Assembly (NCBI RefSeq): GCF_035594765.1
Contig: NC_085846.1
Location: 20,385,190 to 20,449,189 of the forward strand
Source of the DNA: Anolis carolinensis
Taxonomy: Eukaryota
Direction: 5' to 3'
Length of the DNA stretch: 64,000 nt
Part shown: one piece after another, positions 62,446 to 64,000 of the stretch
Position numbering within the stretch: the stretch's first letter is position 1
How the letters are laid out: each line of letters starts with the position of its first letter
The notes under the pieces: model-generated
What the model saw: the letters and a program-made list of their open reading frames with translations, nothing else
Databases searched by the model: none
What the model was told of the DNA's origin: nothing
Program-made: the position numbers and the translations under genes

Positions 62446-64000
62446 AAATCATATTATGAAATTGTATTATATAGCAGTGTAGATGGGGCCTAAGTCAAAA
62501 AGCTCATATGCCTCATTAAACTTCAAACCCCAGGATTCCACAGGAGACTGTCATAGTATTTCAAGTGAAAACATAGGTAGAATTGTGTAATGTGAAAAAA
62601 AAACCCTGGTGTGATGATTTCATGTCATTTGGTTGGGTGAGAGGGGGATAAGTTTGGAAATTCCGCACAATGATGATATTTTCAGTAGGAGACCCGAGAT
62701 CCCCTCGCTTCTCCTTCTATACATATGAGTCATCCAAAGCTTTCATCCTTGTGAATACAGGTATTTCAGGTACACTATCTGTACCTGAAATAAACCCCCA
62801 AACCAATAGCGTCAGTAGCTTTAAATGGGAACTGATGTGCATTTCTAATTTTGATCTTTAGCAAGAAAGAAATTCTATTGCACTGGGTAAGAAAGACAAA
62901 CCAGAAATGGGATACAGAACTGAACATACAGACCCCCTGAAGTAATAGGCATATCTTTGGCCAGAATAAGGTGTCAAAGAAGTGCTTAACTTCAGCTGGA
63001 ATGTGCTGCTTTTGCATGTAGTTGGCCTTTTAATTGCTCAGTTTCCAGCATGCTGATCCTTGTTGGTATTCTTTAATTGTTTTCCTCTTAGACAGCTCTA
63101 AAAGGAATGAGAGCCTCCACAAATAGAGCATCAATGTCTAAATTTGCAAGGATGTCTAGCAAACATTTTTGAGACCCAAGTTTCCAGCAAGAGGCCCTCT
63201 TATTGATCCTGATCCATCAAAGCTCTTGTTGAAATGGAGGTTTGGCTGTATTCAACTATGTGGTTGCTATGTGTATGTTCTCCTTATGCAGACCTCATTG
63301 AAGTTATACATCTATGGTTGCAACTGTATTTGAACCCTGAGTAAGGTTTGATTAATATAAGCTGTCATATGGAAATATTAATGAAAACACAGCCTAAGAA
63401 ATCTATATAAGTCCTGTAGAGAGTGCCATGGTCACAATCTGTGTCTCTTCATACTCATATTCCATTGGTCCAATGCATGTGACAACATCCAGAGTGGAAA
63501 TTGGTGAAGGGGGCAGACAAAAATTACAAAGGTTTTGCCTGTGCTTCTACACTTCTGACCTATGGTATATGGGCTCCATGGCATTCTTCCCATCTGGCAT
63601 CAGTTTGTTTGGTGCTAGCAAAGACATCTCCTCACGTCAGCTGCATTCATGTCATTTGGGAACATGGACAAATTTTGTGCTATATTTTTAGACCAACCAA
63701 ATTGCTCCCTCTCACTGCCTTAGGAAGCAGAATTACACTTCTCTTGCTTTAACCCTTTCCTCACATATCACTTGAAAATCAAGTATTTTGCTTTAGTCTG
63801 CCACATTCTCATGCATTACCATTAAATTATTTTCAGCAGGCCTTGGATATATTTAAATATCTAGACATCTATACACATAATAAAAGTGAAAAATGTGTAT
63901 GTGGAGTTGGTGTCCACTTACATAGACAGCCTCCCACTTCCACAAACTTGTACTTCATTGTGTTCCTAGCCCTGTACATGATGGCAGTATTAAGCAATCT

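Overview
Vertebrate (squamate reptile, most likely an Anolis-type lizard, inferred from Sauria SINEs, SPIN, Penelope and R4/Dong repeats) chemosensory gene cluster with one assembly gap (40608-40846). It holds one minus-strand class II olfactory receptor (OR5V1-like, 2591-3529) and a complete six-exon vomeronasal type-2 receptor gene (V2R, minus strand, 7789-18337, 880 aa reconstructed from GT-AG boundaries). It also holds a plus-strand tandem array of six family-14-like ORs in two subtypes. Subtype A is at 23187 and 50429. Subtype B is at 29923, 43714 and 59351, plus a nonsense pseudogene at 34760. The array arose by segmental duplication, so paralogous flanks supply empty sites for many TE insertions. 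The most notable observations are: (1) an intact V2R embedded between OR5V1-like and OR14-like genes; (2) a recurring putative OR promoter module, which one B copy seems to have swapped for an A-type module and the pseudogene lacks; (3) mosaic (gene-converted) B-type ORs with altered GPCR motifs; (4) a hAT MITE carrying CR1-tail/(TAA)n units that has received a TAA-targeting R4/Dong LINE; (5) R4 fragments and a 60-bp OR relic at rearrangement junctions; (6) Penelope hammerhead ribozyme relics, one of them 600 bp upstream of the V2R. No prokaryote-type system or CRISPR array is present. All family assignments come from recognition of motifs, not database searches.
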